This document shows positions 36,113 through 47,064 of a stretch of 64,000 nucleotides of DNA, piece after piece. This stretch comes from a phage. The stretch's first letter is position 1; the number at the start of each line of letters is the position of its first letter. The DNA lies in the sequence record PZ256263.1. One strand, written 5' to 3'. The position numbers and the translations under genes are program-made. A model generated the notes under the pieces. That model searched no databases. It worked only from the letters and a program-made list of their open reading frames with translations, and was not told the DNA's origin.

Positions 36113-36535
36113 ATGCCATTACCAGCTAGACATCAAAACCGTTTCCTAGTTCTCAAGTGGGATGATATCGAAATGAATCTCACTGAACACGAACTTGATT
36201 TGTTCCATGAACTACTGTCAGAGATTCGCTCTGGTATCCCTGATCGTCAGTATGTAGTTATCAGTGATAAGCACCCTCAAGAGTTTGAAGAAGCTTGGGG
36301 TATGAAGCTGGCTTATATTCAGAGAGCTATTCGAGAAAGAGAAGAAGTCGCTAACCAAAGGGTTGTGGCTCATTTAGTACGAGAGCAACCTCGTGAAGCT
36401 AGGGCTAACCATGCACCACCCCCACCCCCTCCTTGGACAGTTGTCAACGGGACAGTTAGGGCTTACAGTGATGAAGCTACCATGTTAGATGTAGTAGAAG
36501 ACAACCAAGCATTTACAGATTTACTTTACCAATAA
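36113..36535 (+). CDS. Hypothetical protein with poly-Pro tract (140 aa)
   Basis: ORF abutting the upstream gene; PPPPPPPW tract. Confidence 0.5.
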   Translation: MPLPARHQNRFLVLKWDDIEMNLTEHELDLFHELLSEIRSGIPDRQYVVISDKHPQEFEEAWGMKLAYIQRAIREREEVANQRVVAHLVREQPREARANHAPPPPPPWTVVNGTVRAYSDEATMLDVVEDNQAFTDLLYQ

Positions 36536-36551
36536 TTTAAAGGAGTATAAA

Positions 36552-38396
36552 GTGAGCAACCCGGACGCTCTCCCATTTTTGACAGAGATGACTGTCGCTG
36601 ATATAATCTCTAAGCAAGCAAAGCACGGAGTGAGTTTCAACCGAAGAAATGCTCGGTGGTATGTTCACCTCCTTAAAGAGATTATTGTTAATATTGACAA
36701 AGAACTGATTCCTCTCTTACCTAAGATGAGATTAGATGGCTCAACTTATATGAAGCCGTTTAAGAAGTCTGGAGCTTTACAGAAGTGGCCTCAAGCCTAT
36801 TGCGATAGAGTTGGCCTCAAGAGAGAAGACATTGGTGGAGCATTCACCTGTGTCGAGTACGTAGACTTTGACCCATCGAAAGATGCACGAGTTAAAGAAG
36901 CCCTTATGGATGAGGGTTTTCTTCCTCCAGAGTTTAACGTATCTAAAAAGCCTTGGAACACTTTCGAAATTAAGAAAGACATGCGAAAGTATGGAACATA
37001 CCAAGCATGGTACACCGCTTGGATGCGAGGCAATGCTAAACAGAAACAGACAGCCGAGATGGTTGACGCTGATATTAAGAAGTTCTTAGAGAAACACTTT
37101 AGGTTCAAGACTAAGAACTACATGAAGGCTTATGTGTTTGGTTTGGGATTAAACCCTAACCGACGTAACCCTGTAACATTTGACGAGATTAAGAAAGCAC
37201 TAGCTACCTCAAACAAGTGGCCTACAGCTCCTACAAACCTCGAGGAGACTCTTGAAGAAGGGTTAGGGGGTGAGCTAGGGAGTGTCGGAAGTTTGCTTAA
37301 GAGACGTGTTGTAGCGGCTCACAGGCTAGGTCTTATTAGTGGACTTATAGCAAAGGAGCGCGAAGATGGTAAACTTTCGGCAGAAGCTAACAGCTGCGCT
37401 ACGCCGACTTTTCGATTCAAACATCGTATCGTGGTTAATATTCCCTCCCGTGGTTTGTTTGGTCATGAGTGTCGCAGTTTGTTTGAGTCTGACTATAACT
37501 CAGATGATGATCACTCTCGTCCTTTCGTTATTACTAACGTTGTTCCTGATGGTTGTTATATACGAAAAGGTACTAACGTAATTTATGAAAAAGGTAAGCC
37601 GGGGAAGAAAGATAAGCCTGTAGGTGCTTACAAATATTACATACCCGCTGGTAAAGAAGTATTCTTAGGGTATGATGGTTCTGGATTAGAGTTGCGTATG
37701 CTTGCACACTACCTCATTAAAGAGTGTAGAGATATGCTTGCTGAAGCAATAGAAGAAAACAATCCAGCTAAGAAAGCTCTGGCAGAACGTGGTTTAGCTT
37801 CTGCTATTATGTATCGTGATATTCTCCTTGAAGGTGATATCCACTCTCACAACCAGAAACTTGCTGGTCTTCCTACTCGTGACAACGCTAAGACATTTAT
37901 CTACGCATTCAACTATGGTGCTGGTGATGCTAAGCTCGGTTCAATTGTAGGTGGTGGGGCTGACGAAGGTTCAGTGATGCGAGCACGTTTCTTGGCAGAG
38001 AACCCGTGTATTGCAATCCTCATTGATCGTATGACAGAGAAAGCTGCTCAAGGATACTTGATTGGTGTTGATGGTCGTAAGATTACAATGAGACGGGATG
38101 CCACTGGTAAGGTTATGGTTCATAAAGCACTTAACACCCTCCTGCAATGTGCTGGTGCTGTTGTTATGAAATATGCTATGATGTTCCTTAACAAGTGGAT
38201 TGAGAGAGATGGGGTTCGTTGTGCTAAGGTAATTGATATGCACGATGAGGGCCAGTTCTCAGTGAACCGTAATGATGTACAGAAACTCAAAGAACACACC
38301 GAGCTTTGTGTTAAGAAGGCTGGTGAGTATTTGAACATGGAATGTCCTCTGGCATCTGATTGTCAGATTGGACTTAACTGGATGCATACACACTAA
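36552..38396 (+). CDS. Family-A DNA polymerase, polymerase-domain subunit (614 aa)
   Basis: Motif A LGYDGSGLELRMLAHY, motif B RDNAKTFIYAFNYGAGDAKLG, motif C VIDMHDEGQF; no exonuclease motifs in this ORF. Confidence 0.85.
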   Translation: MSNPDALPFLTEMTVADIISKQAKHGVSFNRRNARWYVHLLKEIIVNIDKELIPLLPKMRLDGSTYMKPFKKSGALQKWPQAYCDRVGLKREDIGGAFTCVEYVDFDPSKDARVKEALMDEGFLPPEFNVSKKPWNTFEIKKDMRKYGTYQAWYTAWMRGNAKQKQTAEMVDADIKKFLEKHFRFKTKNYMKAYVFGLGLNPNRRNPVTFDEIKKALATSNKWPTAPTNLEETLEEGLGGELGSVGSLLKRRVVAAHRLGLISGLIAKEREDGKLSAEANSCATPTFRFKHRIVVNIPSRGLFGHECRSLFESDYNSDDDHSRPFVITNVVPDGCYIRKGTNVIYEKGKPGKKDKPVGAYKYYIPAGKEVFLGYDGSGLELRMLAHYLIKECRDMLAEAIEENNPAKKALAERGLASAIMYRDILLEGDIHSHNQKLAGLPTRDNAKTFIYAFNYGAGDAKLGSIVGGGADEGSVMRARFLAENPCIAILIDRMTEKAAQGYLIGVDGRKITMRRDATGKVMVHKALNTLLQCAGAVVMKYAMMFLNKWIERDGVRCAKVIDMHDEGQFSVNRNDVQKLKEHTELCVKKAGEYLNMECPLASDCQIGLNWMHTH

Positions 38397-38405
38397 AGGT
38401 GAGTG

Positions 38406-38771
38406 ATGAGAGAAACCAATATCATCTACAGAACATTGAGATGTTTAGCTAAAGAGAGGGGGATGGAGGATTTCCTCCTCCAATATTATGAAATAGCTAA
38501 GACTGGAATTTATCCAAAATGGTTTAGTGAAGATCAAGGATTATGCTTCAACTTCCGCTGTTATAAGAGATATTATTATTTCACAAAGCATTTAGATATT
38601 GACGACATGAAGAATATGTTTAATCAAGAAGAGTTCTTTGACCCAACATATCCCTTCGGATGTGATCAATATTTTAGAGATAGAGACAACGGGGCACATC
38701 ATAAGAATCCAAAACGACGGGCTTGGATTAAAAATACACTGAAAACTCTATATAGTATTGAGGTTGAGTGA
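38406..38771 (+). CDS. Hypothetical protein (121 aa)
   Basis: AAAGGTGAG RBS; ATG at 38406. Confidence 0.5.
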   Translation: MRETNIIYRTLRCLAKERGMEDFLLQYYEIAKTGIYPKWFSEDQGLCFNFRCYKRYYYFTKHLDIDDMKNMFNQEEFFDPTYPFGCDQYFRDRDNGAHHKNPKRRAWIKNTLKTLYSIEVE

Positions 38772-38962
38772 TGAGTATTAAGGGTTATTATGAATCTTGG
38801 GCCGTCTTCAGTGGTGGCTCCACTCTCGTAGCATTAAATGGTCAACTGTGTATCTTTGAGACAGAGAACTTAGCAATAACCAAAGCAGCAGAGCTAGTTC
38901 GAAAGTTTCCAAACAAGACATTCACAGTTAAAAGGATAGAAGTACCTGCATTGGTAGAGTGA
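38768..38962 (+). CDS. Hypothetical protein (64 aa)
   Basis: GTGA overlap. Confidence 0.4.
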   Translation: MMSIKGYYESWAVFSGGSTLVALNGQLCIFETENLAITKAAELVRKFPNKTFTVKRIEVPALVE

Positions 38963-39145
38963 ATAAATAAGACGAATGAACTATTCTTATTGATTGGTTC
39001 GTAACAAGGAGATTGAAGTGGAAGAGATGCCATCGGATTGGTGTTATCGTCAGAGCGCCATCTGTAATGAACAAGGTCGTCCTGATGAGGCTGAGTTCTA
39101 TCTAGAGCTAGCCGAACTGTGGAAAGAGCGAGAGGAGAAAGAGTG

Positions 39146-39313
39146 ATGGAAGGTATTTACCGTAAACCACCTCCGAAATACAACATCCTTTATACTGATA
39201 CAACAGGTGAGTTTAGAAGTGTGTTAGTTTACACGGATGAAGAACGAAACCGAATGGTTGCTGCTATTGAAGCCAATGGTGGTACAATCATGCGAATTTA
39301 TAACATAACATAA
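39146..39313 (+). CDS. Small hypothetical protein (55 aa)
   Basis: ATG after GGAGAAAGAG; the track ORF starts further upstream. Confidence 0.4.
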   Translation: MEGIYRKPPPKYNILYTDTTGEFRSVLVYTDEERNRMVAAIEANGGTIMRIYNIT

Positions 39314-39322
39314 GGAATATCA

Positions 39323-39499
39323 ATGACTGCTTCTGAATTAAAAGAAACCCTGTCCACTGAAGAAGGTAAAGCTTTCTTCTTATCTCAAGTACACTCTATG
39401 GGTAAAGATGCCCTTCGCCAAGCAGTCGTTGAGCTTACTGGTGTAGTGATTGACTTGAGTATCGAAAATGAAGCACTTGAAGCTAAAGTGACCGACTAA
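39323..39499 (+). CDS. Small hypothetical protein (58 aa)
   Basis: TAAGGAA RBS; followed by a terminator. Confidence 0.4.
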   Translation: MTASELKETLSTEEGKAFFLSQVHSMGKDALRQAVVELTGVVIDLSIENEALEAKVTD

Positions 39500-39505
39500 A
39501 TAAAG

Positions 39506-39530
39506 AGCTGCCTTAGGGCGGCTTTTCTTG
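39506..39530 (+). terminator. Rho-independent terminator
   Basis: AGCTGCC-ttag-GGCGGCT stem (one G-U pair) followed by TTTCTTG. Confidence 0.5.
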
Positions 39531-39938
39531 TCTAAAGGATTTGACATGAATATTGGTTTAGATTATGATGACACTTACACAGCAGATAGACGTCTGTGGA
39601 GAGATGTGATAGGCTTGATGAAAGAGTATGGACATGATGTAAGATTCGTGACTTTCCGTTTCTCAGAGCCTAATGGTTATGATAACGTGGGTATCTTATA
39701 TGATGCAGAGACTCTGCAAATACCTGTCATCTTTTGCAATGGCGTTCAGAAAGATGACGTGTGTCGTCAGTTAGGTTTCTTTGTAGATATCTGGATTGAC
39801 GACTTCCCTGTTGGAATCCCTAAGAAAGACCACCTAGATGGGATGCTGAAGGGCGTAAGACTTAATGACCTTAGAGCAGCACCCCCTGTAGAAATAGCCG
39901 CTCCTGTGTACTCTGAAGAGCCTCTGGTGATTCGATGA
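39528..39938 (+). CDS. HAD-superfamily phosphatase-like protein (136 aa)
   Basis: N-terminal IGLDYDDTYT (DxDxT-like motif I) and C-terminal FVDIWIDDFP (motif IV-like); by eye. Confidence 0.45.
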   Translation: MSKGFDMNIGLDYDDTYTADRRLWRDVIGLMKEYGHDVRFVTFRFSEPNGYDNVGILYDAETLQIPVIFCNGVQKDDVCRQLGFFVDIWIDDFPVGIPKKDHLDGMLKGVRLNDLRAAPPVEIAAPVYSEEPLVIR

Positions 39939-40111
39939 AGAAGATAATCCTTTGGGCTTTAGGTATAGCTCTATTCCTGTATCTGATTGATATCGGAGGA
40001 GATGCCAGTAGAGAAGACTGTGAAGTTAGGTTGTCTCAGGAATTTAAGTCAGAGACAAAGTGGGTTAACGGTCGATGCTATGTAAAAGATTGGGGAAGAA
40101 CTTCTCGATGA
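39935..40111 (+). CDS. Small membrane protein (58 aa)
   Basis: ATGA overlap; N-terminal hydrophobic IILWALGIALFLYLI. Confidence 0.4.
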   Translation: MKKIILWALGIALFLYLIDIGGDASREDCEVRLSQEFKSETKWVNGRCYVKDWGRTSR

Positions 40112-40275
40112 AAAAGTATAGCGTATGGATTAACGAGGAAGAAGAAGGTTTTGATGAGGCTGGAGGGTGGGTAAATATTCTAAACACTGACGACATAGAA
40201 GAGGCCGAGAAGTGCGCCCTAAACTACAACTCTGGGTATTATGAAAGAAATTGGGAATATGAGGAAGAAGAATGA
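40108..40275 (+). CDS. Small acidic protein (55 aa)
   Basis: ATGA overlap with the upstream ORF. Confidence 0.4.
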   Translation: MKKYSVWINEEEEGFDEAGGWVNILNTDDIEEAEKCALNYNSGYYERNWEYEEEE

Positions 40276-40493
40276 TTTGGGTTCACACTTATAGAATTGG
40301 AAAGAAAGGGCTTACTACTATTCACACATCTGAAGATAGTGCTAAAGCATCTCAGGCTGTACTGAAAGGAAAGATCACACCTTATGTAGTCGCTGAAGAA
40401 AAGAAGAATCCTCCAGTTCTAGAATATCTAGGAACAGGTAAAGCTTATACAGCACTGGATGTTATTAACAATAAACAAGGAGATGTGGTATAA
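40272..40493 (+). CDS. Hypothetical protein (73 aa)
   Basis: ATGA overlap. Confidence 0.45.
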   Translation: MIWVHTYRIGKKGLTTIHTSEDSAKASQAVLKGKITPYVVAEEKKNPPVLEYLGTGKAYTALDVINNKQGDVV

Positions 40494-40494
40494 A

Positions 40495-40710
40495 ATGGAA
40501 TACATTGATAAATATTCAAGTGAAGATTCAAAAGACGCTGATGTTTTATTCATATTGAAAACAGACTGTCTAGAACACGGACAGCTTATTAACTTTATGG
40601 AATTGGCAAAGCTTAAAGAAGAGATTGATCAACTGTACAGTGATGAGCAATCCAGATTACTTTCTCTGTCTCTACTAGGTGATCTAACTTGTGATGGATG
40701 TACAATTTAA
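40495..40710 (+). CDS. Hypothetical protein (71 aa)
   Basis: ATG at 40495; C-terminal CDGC. Confidence 0.4.
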   Translation: MEYIDKYSSEDSKDADVLFILKTDCLEHGQLINFMELAKLKEEIDQLYSDEQSRLLSLSLLGDLTCDGCTI

Positions 40711-40719
40711 GAGGTCTTT

Positions 40720-41223
40720 ATGGCTGAAGTTTATTTTGCAGGAGATGGTCACTTAGGCCATCGCAACATCTGTAGTTTTCGTAAGCAATTTAAAAACATC
40801 GAAGAACATGACAAAGCAATTCTGGCTGCTTTTGACCACGTAACCAAACGTGATAAAATCTTCTTTACTGGTGATTGGGTATTTGAAAAGTATGCCCTTG
40901 ATATTATCTCTGAAGTGAAAGGAGAGAAGCATCTGGTCTTAGGGAACCATGATAGGTTAGAACTTCTCCCTGATATGATGAAAGTCTTTCGTAGAATCTC
41001 TGGTGATTATAAGTATAAGGAGTTTTGGATAACTCATATTCCTATTCACACTGATGAGATGAGAGGGAAGTTTAATATTTATGCTCATACACATAACCAT
41101 GTAATTGATGATTGGAGGTATTTCTGTACATCAATGGAGCAAATTAACTATAAAGCTGTTTCTCTGCAAGAGATTAGGAAGATTTTTGATGAAAGAAGAA
41201 AAGAACAAGATCTCATTATTTAA
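40720..41223 (+). CDS. Calcineurin-like metallophosphoesterase (167 aa)
   Basis: GDGHLGH, FTGDWV, LGNHD, AHTHNH are the conserved metallophosphatase motifs. Confidence 0.75.
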   Translation: MAEVYFAGDGHLGHRNICSFRKQFKNIEEHDKAILAAFDHVTKRDKIFFTGDWVFEKYALDIISEVKGEKHLVLGNHDRLELLPDMMKVFRRISGDYKYKEFWITHIPIHTDEMRGKFNIYAHTHNHVIDDWRYFCTSMEQINYKAVSLQEIRKIFDERRKEQDLII

Positions 41224-41692
41224 AGAACCTGTAGTTTATAAAGACTCTATCAGAGATCAATATAATGAGATGTTAAAGAAACAAGCTGATTCTAATCTTC
41301 GTTATCAGAGGATAGTAGAACAATCTAACTTTAAAGGTTTACTTGAATGGTAACTTATATCCTTTACTTCTTAGCTTTCTTAGGAATAGTCTTTTTATCT
41401 ATTATTCTTGAATTTGGTTTAAGTAAGTTAGTTAATTATTTAGGTAGTAAGTAATTAATATTCTTTTAAATAGAGAATCAAAGTCCCTAGGAGTCCCCAC
41501 AACCTAAATCAAGGATTCCTTAATTCTCTATTTTTATCTCGCAGGTGGCTCCTGCCCTTCGGTACTTGCAAGGGATTCTATGAATTGCCCAATGTACAAG
41601 CCTGCAAGAGTTATTCTCTAACTCTACCTTATATACATTACCGTTAGTGAGTATCTACTACCAATAAAATGATACTTATCTTACAAAAGTTA

Positions 41693-41701
41693 TAATGTAT
41701 A
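41693..41701 (+). promoter_or_regulatory. TAATGTATA motif (candidate phage-sigma promoter)
   Basis: Exact motif 60 nt upstream of the ATG at 41761, inside a 400-bp AT-rich intergenic region. Confidence 0.4.
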
Positions 41702-41760
41702 TTATACATAACCGCTCAAAGAGAGCAACAATCTATCAAATTAAATAAGGAAATTAAAAT

Positions 41761-42507
41761 ATGTCTATGATTCCAACTATCGCAACTTCTTCCCGTAAAT
41801 CCAACTACGACATCATCCCTGATGGTGAGTATGAAGCACGTATTGTTCGTGTAGTAGGTTTGGGTGTTCACAATCGTGACCCTTGGGTTGACCCGAAGAC
41901 CAAAGCAGTAACTCCTAAGAATCCAGCTTTCCGTATGGATTTGGCTTTCGAGCTGATTGGTGTTGATGCTACTGGTAAAGATTCCGATGGTAAGGCATTA
42001 GAACCACGTCCTGCTTGCCAGTTCAAGAGTTATGATGTAAACCCACGAGCTAAGAACTCTGGTATTCTTGATCTCTGCAAGATGATTGACCCAAGCATTC
42101 AAGCACTGAAAGGTGATCTGTCTTGGTTTAAGGATGTGCTGTTAGGTCAGCCTGTTAACATTCTGGTTAACTCTTACACTAACAAAGCTGGTGAAGTTAA
42201 AAACTCCATCAAGACCATTTCTCCAATCCCAACCAAATATCGTGCAGCAGTTGGTGAAGCTCGTAGCCCTCTGGTATTCTTCGAACCGTATGCTGAAACC
42301 GATGAGAACGTAGCATCCTATCAACTGATGTTCCCGTTCCAGCGCAACCTGCTTACTCAAGCTAATGACGCTAAGAACATGCCTCTGGCTGGTCGTGAAA
42401 TTACTCGTGCTTCTGAAACAGAGCAGAAAGAAGCTACCCCTTCAATCCCTACGATTGATAAAGAGCCTGCTTCTACTTACGAAGACGACAACGATAGCCC
42501 ATTCTAA
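41761..42507 (+). CDS. Putative single-stranded DNA-binding protein (248 aa)
   Basis: Acidic C-terminal tail ending ...YEDDNDSPF (compare E. coli SSB ...DDDIPF and T7 gp2.5 terminal Phe); AAGGAAA RBS; own promoter motif and terminator. OB fold not verified. Confidence 0.5.
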   Translation: MSMIPTIATSSRKSNYDIIPDGEYEARIVRVVGLGVHNRDPWVDPKTKAVTPKNPAFRMDLAFELIGVDATGKDSDGKALEPRPACQFKSYDVNPRAKNSGILDLCKMIDPSIQALKGDLSWFKDVLLGQPVNILVNSYTNKAGEVKNSIKTISPIPTKYRAAVGEARSPLVFFEPYAETDENVASYQLMFPFQRNLLTQANDAKNMPLAGREITRASETEQKEATPSIPTIDKEPASTYEDDNDSPF

Positions 42508-42528
42508 TAACTCTCCTTGTTATAGCTT

Positions 42529-42552
42529 AGCCACCTCCGGGTGGCTTTTTTC
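42529..42552 (+). terminator. Rho-independent terminator
   Basis: AGCCACC-tccg-GGTGGCT stem followed by TTTTTT. Confidence 0.7.
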
Positions 42553-42564
42553 GTTGGAGACAAC

Positions 42565-42915
42565 ATGCAAAACACATTAAGTGATAACTTAGGGTTTATC
42601 GTTTTCTCGGCTCTTGTATTCTTTGGTGGTATGAAGTTTAACGAGTACCAAACAGACAGCAGTAATCTGGACAAAGAGAAGCACCAGCAAGAGTTAGAGA
42701 TTGAAAGAAGTAGAGCAGCTGATGAAGTTGCTCAGAGGGTTCTTACCGGTTTATCTAACTGGAAGAAGAACACGGAAACCGTTTATAAAGAGATGCATTA
42801 TGAGAAAACTAAACCAGTTTTTTATAATGTCTGCGCTAGTGATGAGTATGTCAGCTTGTTCAATGAGCGACAACAGCAGGCAATCAATGCCCTTACCAAC
42901 AAACCTAAAAGCTGA
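42565..42915 (+). CDS. Putative i-spanin (Rz-like), 116 aa
   Basis: N-terminal TM LGFIVFSALVFFGG then charged helical domain; embedded lipoprotein ORF in the +1 frame. Confidence 0.45.
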   Translation: MQNTLSDNLGFIVFSALVFFGGMKFNEYQTDSSNLDKEKHQQELEIERSRAADEVAQRVLTGLSNWKKNTETVYKEMHYEKTKPVFYNVCASDEYVSLFNERQQQAINALTNKPKS

Positions 42916-43059
42916 ATGTAGGGTTGACCTGCCTCTTTTAGAAAGTGCTCAAGGAAAAGCACTAGCCACTACGTTGGAGTGGTATCAGGACCAGTACACA
43001 GAATGTGCTGCCAATCACAATGGATTGCTAGAAGCTCTGAAAGAGCGTGGAATAGAATA

Positions 43060-43060
<1 letters not shown>
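42800..43060 (+). CDS. Putative o-spanin (Rz1-like lipoprotein), 86 aa, overlapping the i-spanin
   Basis: AAAGAG RBS; signal peptide MRKLNQFFIMSALVMSMSAC with Cys, Pro-containing mature region; starts inside and extends past 42565-42915. Confidence 0.4.
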
Positions 43061-44546
<1,486 letters not shown>

Positions 44547-44556
<10 letters not shown>

Positions 44557-45158
44557 ATGGTGAGTCTAAACCTTTAGTAGTAATTCTTAATGGACCTCCG
44601 GGTTGTGGGAAAGATACAATAGCTAGTGCTTGGGTTAATGCACATTCATACCATCACAATCATTTAACCAAATCCTTCAAGGAGCCGATGTATAGAGTGG
44701 CTGCTGCTGCACTAGGAATGCCTCTAGAAAACTTCCTAGCACGCTATGAAGATCGTGAATGGAAAGAAAAATCTAGACCAGAGTGGGGAGGGAAGTCTGT
44801 AAGAGATTTGATGATTTCTACAAGTGAAGACTTCTTAAAACCTATGTTTGGCAACAATCATATGGGGAACCTCGCTGTAAAGAGCATCAAACAAGAGGAG
44901 TTAGGTCAGGATGACATTATTGTTTTTACTGACGGAGGTTTTGATGCAGAGGTACGAGAACTAGAAAAGAATTTCCATGTCCAAGTTGTCCAAGTGCTTA
45001 GAGATGGTTGCTCTTTTAATGGAGACTCTCGTTCATACATTGAAGGGGAGCAGAGAAAAACATATCTGCTGTTTAACGACTCAACTATTGAATCAGCAGT
45101 GTTAGATCTAGATTGGATTATCGCTCAAGCTCAGGATGATATTTATGGAAGAAGTTAA
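44547..45158 (+). CDS. P-loop nucleotide kinase (dNMP-kinase-like), 203 aa
   Basis: Walker A ILNGPPGCGKDT; size and layout resemble T4 gp1-type kinases. Confidence 0.55.
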
Positions 45159-45963
45159 GCTCCCTGAAGTAGCTATAGTGGACGCTGACGTTCTTCGATA
45201 TGAAGTAGGTGCTCTTACTCAAGAGCATCCCTTTCTTGACACAGGACGTGTTCCCGTTGATTACAATTTCATGATTGAACGACTTCAGTACAAGATAGAT
45301 ACTATCATTGCTCGCTCAGGTTGCAGTAAGGTTGTGTTCTACTTCAGCGAAGGTGGTAACTTCCGCTTCGATGTTGCTAAGCAGCAAGACTACAAAGCAA
45401 ATAGACCTCCCGGAGAAAGACCTTTTCACTGGCAAAATGTTGGTGATTATATTAAAGGTAAATATGAATACATAGATGTATTTGGGAGAGAGGCTGATGA
45501 TGCATTAGCTGAAAGGCAACGTAGGGATAAGAACACTATCATCTGTACTAGAGACAAAGATTTGTTAATAACTCCCGGATGGCATTACCGTTGGGCTTGT
45601 GGAGAAAGACAAAAAGAGGTTCCCCCTCACTATGTATCTGATTTAGTTTCATGGCAAAACTTCTTCTATCAGATGTTGATTGGAGATGGTACAGATAATA
45701 TCCCCGGATGTGGAGAACGTAAAGAAGTTATGTGGGGCGGTAAGCTCCAGCTTCGACGTCAAGGAATAGGGAAGAAAGCAGCAGCTAAACTATTGGCTGG
45801 TGTTACAGATAAGTGGACCATGTATCATATAGTACGAATGGAATATTATAAGAAGTTCGATACTGAAGATGAAGAGAAAATGCTTGAGAATGCTCGGCTG
45901 CTCTTTGTTGGTCAGACTCCGGAAGACCTGTTCGACTGGACATGGTTAGATAAATCTTGGTAA
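45136..45963 (+). CDS. 5'-3' exonuclease / flap endonuclease (FEN/PIN family), 275 aa
   Basis: GREADDALA, TRDKDL and helix-hairpin-helix GDGTDNIPGCGE ... GIGKKAAAKLL motifs. Confidence 0.8.
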   Translation: MIFMEEVKLPEVAIVDADVLRYEVGALTQEHPFLDTGRVPVDYNFMIERLQYKIDTIIARSGCSKVVFYFSEGGNFRFDVAKQQDYKANRPPGERPFHWQNVGDYIKGKYEYIDVFGREADDALAERQRRDKNTIICTRDKDLLITPGWHYRWACGERQKEVPPHYVSDLVSWQNFFYQMLIGDGTDNIPGCGERKEVMWGGKLQLRRQGIGKKAAAKLLAGVTDKWTMYHIVRMEYYKKFDTEDEEKMLENARLLFVGQTPEDLFDWTWLDKSW

Positions 45964-45976
45964 TAAGGATATTATA

Positions 45977-46156
45977 ATGGGTAAATTTGATTATCGTTCA
46001 TATGATGAAAACTCCTCCAATCGTGAATCTCGTAAAGATCAAAAGATTAAACATCAACTGTTTGATCAGCGAACTGGTCGTATTCCTCGTGAGGGCAAAG
46101 TGAGCCATCGTGTAAACAAACGAGTTTGGGAAGAAGCTGATTATGGCGAAGTCTGA
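45977..46156 (+). CDS. Small basic protein (59 aa)
   Basis: ATG after TAAGGA; below the track cutoff. Confidence 0.35.
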   Translation: MGKFDYRSYDENSSNRESRKDQKIKHQLFDQRTGRIPREGKVSHRVNKRVWEEADYGEV

Positions 46157-46544
46157 GAAGACTCGCTGTAGTGGAATGTGGACTGAAGCTCGTTATAACT
46201 CTTTCATCAAGTCAGGGATTCGTTCTCTGACTAGAAAGTGGAAGCCCATGTTTGATGCACTAGCAGACGCCAAGACAGAGCAGAAGATTAATCCAAAGAC
46301 AGGAAGACTGGCAATGCACTTTAAGTGTGCCATGTGTGGTAATGACCACCCTGTAAAGGATATGGCTATTGACCATATAGAGCCTATAGTCCCTCTTGAC
46401 CATGAAGCAACTTGGGATGAAATTATCTCTCGTGCTCTATGTGAGAAAGAAGGTTTTCAGGTTCTATGTAAAGACCCTTGTCATAAGATTAAAACAAAAG
46501 AAGAGAATGATGCAAGAAAACAATTCAAAAAAGGAAATGAGTGA
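46143..46544 (+). CDS. HNH endonuclease (133 aa)
   Basis: CAMCG ... DHIEPI ... CHKIKT HNH-type motif. Confidence 0.7.
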   Translation: MAKSEKTRCSGMWTEARYNSFIKSGIRSLTRKWKPMFDALADAKTEQKINPKTGRLAMHFKCAMCGNDHPVKDMAIDHIEPIVPLDHEATWDEIISRALCEKEGFQVLCKDPCHKIKTKEENDARKQFKKGNE

Positions 46545-46764
46545 TGATCAAAAATCTACGCAACAAGTACTTCGCTTTCGCTATCGCAATTGGAGAGGCG
46601 AGATTGCTGACCGGTCCGTTATTCCACTCCGAACCTCCGTTGCTAGCTCCCGTTTTCATAACGGTGGCAAACCTTGTTGGATTATGACAGCGATTGATGT
46701 AGAGAAAGATGAGATTAGAGAGTTCAAGCTCTCAGATATTATTCAATATTATGATTTGATCTAG
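46537..46764 (+). CDS. Hypothetical protein (75 aa)
   Basis: Internal ATG of track ORF 46396-46764 chosen to limit overlap; start uncertain. Confidence 0.35.
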   Translation: MSDDQKSTQQVLRFRYRNWRGEIADRSVIPLRTSVASSRFHNGGKPCWIMTAIDVEKDEIREFKLSDIIQYYDLI

Positions 46765-47025
46765 GAGGGAATATGGTCTATGATCAAGATATTCTAGACG
46801 AATTGCTTAAAATGGCAAATCGCCTTACAGAGATTATCGAAGAAATAAAAGTCAGAGAAGAGTCTTACTTAGCAGCCGAGGAAAATTGGGATGTATGAGG
46901 ATGAATTTGATGGATTTTGAAAAGATAAAACAGATCAAAATTGATATGATGAAAAAGTTCAAAGCGGCTTATGATAAAGCTGTTAAAGAAGGAACTATCA
47001 CTTACAAGAAAATCTAGAAACAAAT

Positions 47026-47063
47026 AAAGCCCTCTTGGATTTCTCCTTGAGGGCTTTTCTTTT
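47026..47063. terminator. Bidirectional rho-independent terminator between convergent units
   Basis: Perfect 9-bp stem AAAGCCCTC / GAGGGCTTT with T-rich runs on both strands; between the last plus-strand ORF and the stop of the minus-strand gene at 47065. Confidence 0.7.
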
Positions 47064-47064
47064 A

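Noticed and set aside
41105-41353. Track ORF 41105-41353 overlapping the 3' end of the metallophosphoesterase gene
   Set aside because: Most of it lies within 40720-41223 in another frame; a short independent gene from an internal ATG is possible but unsupported.
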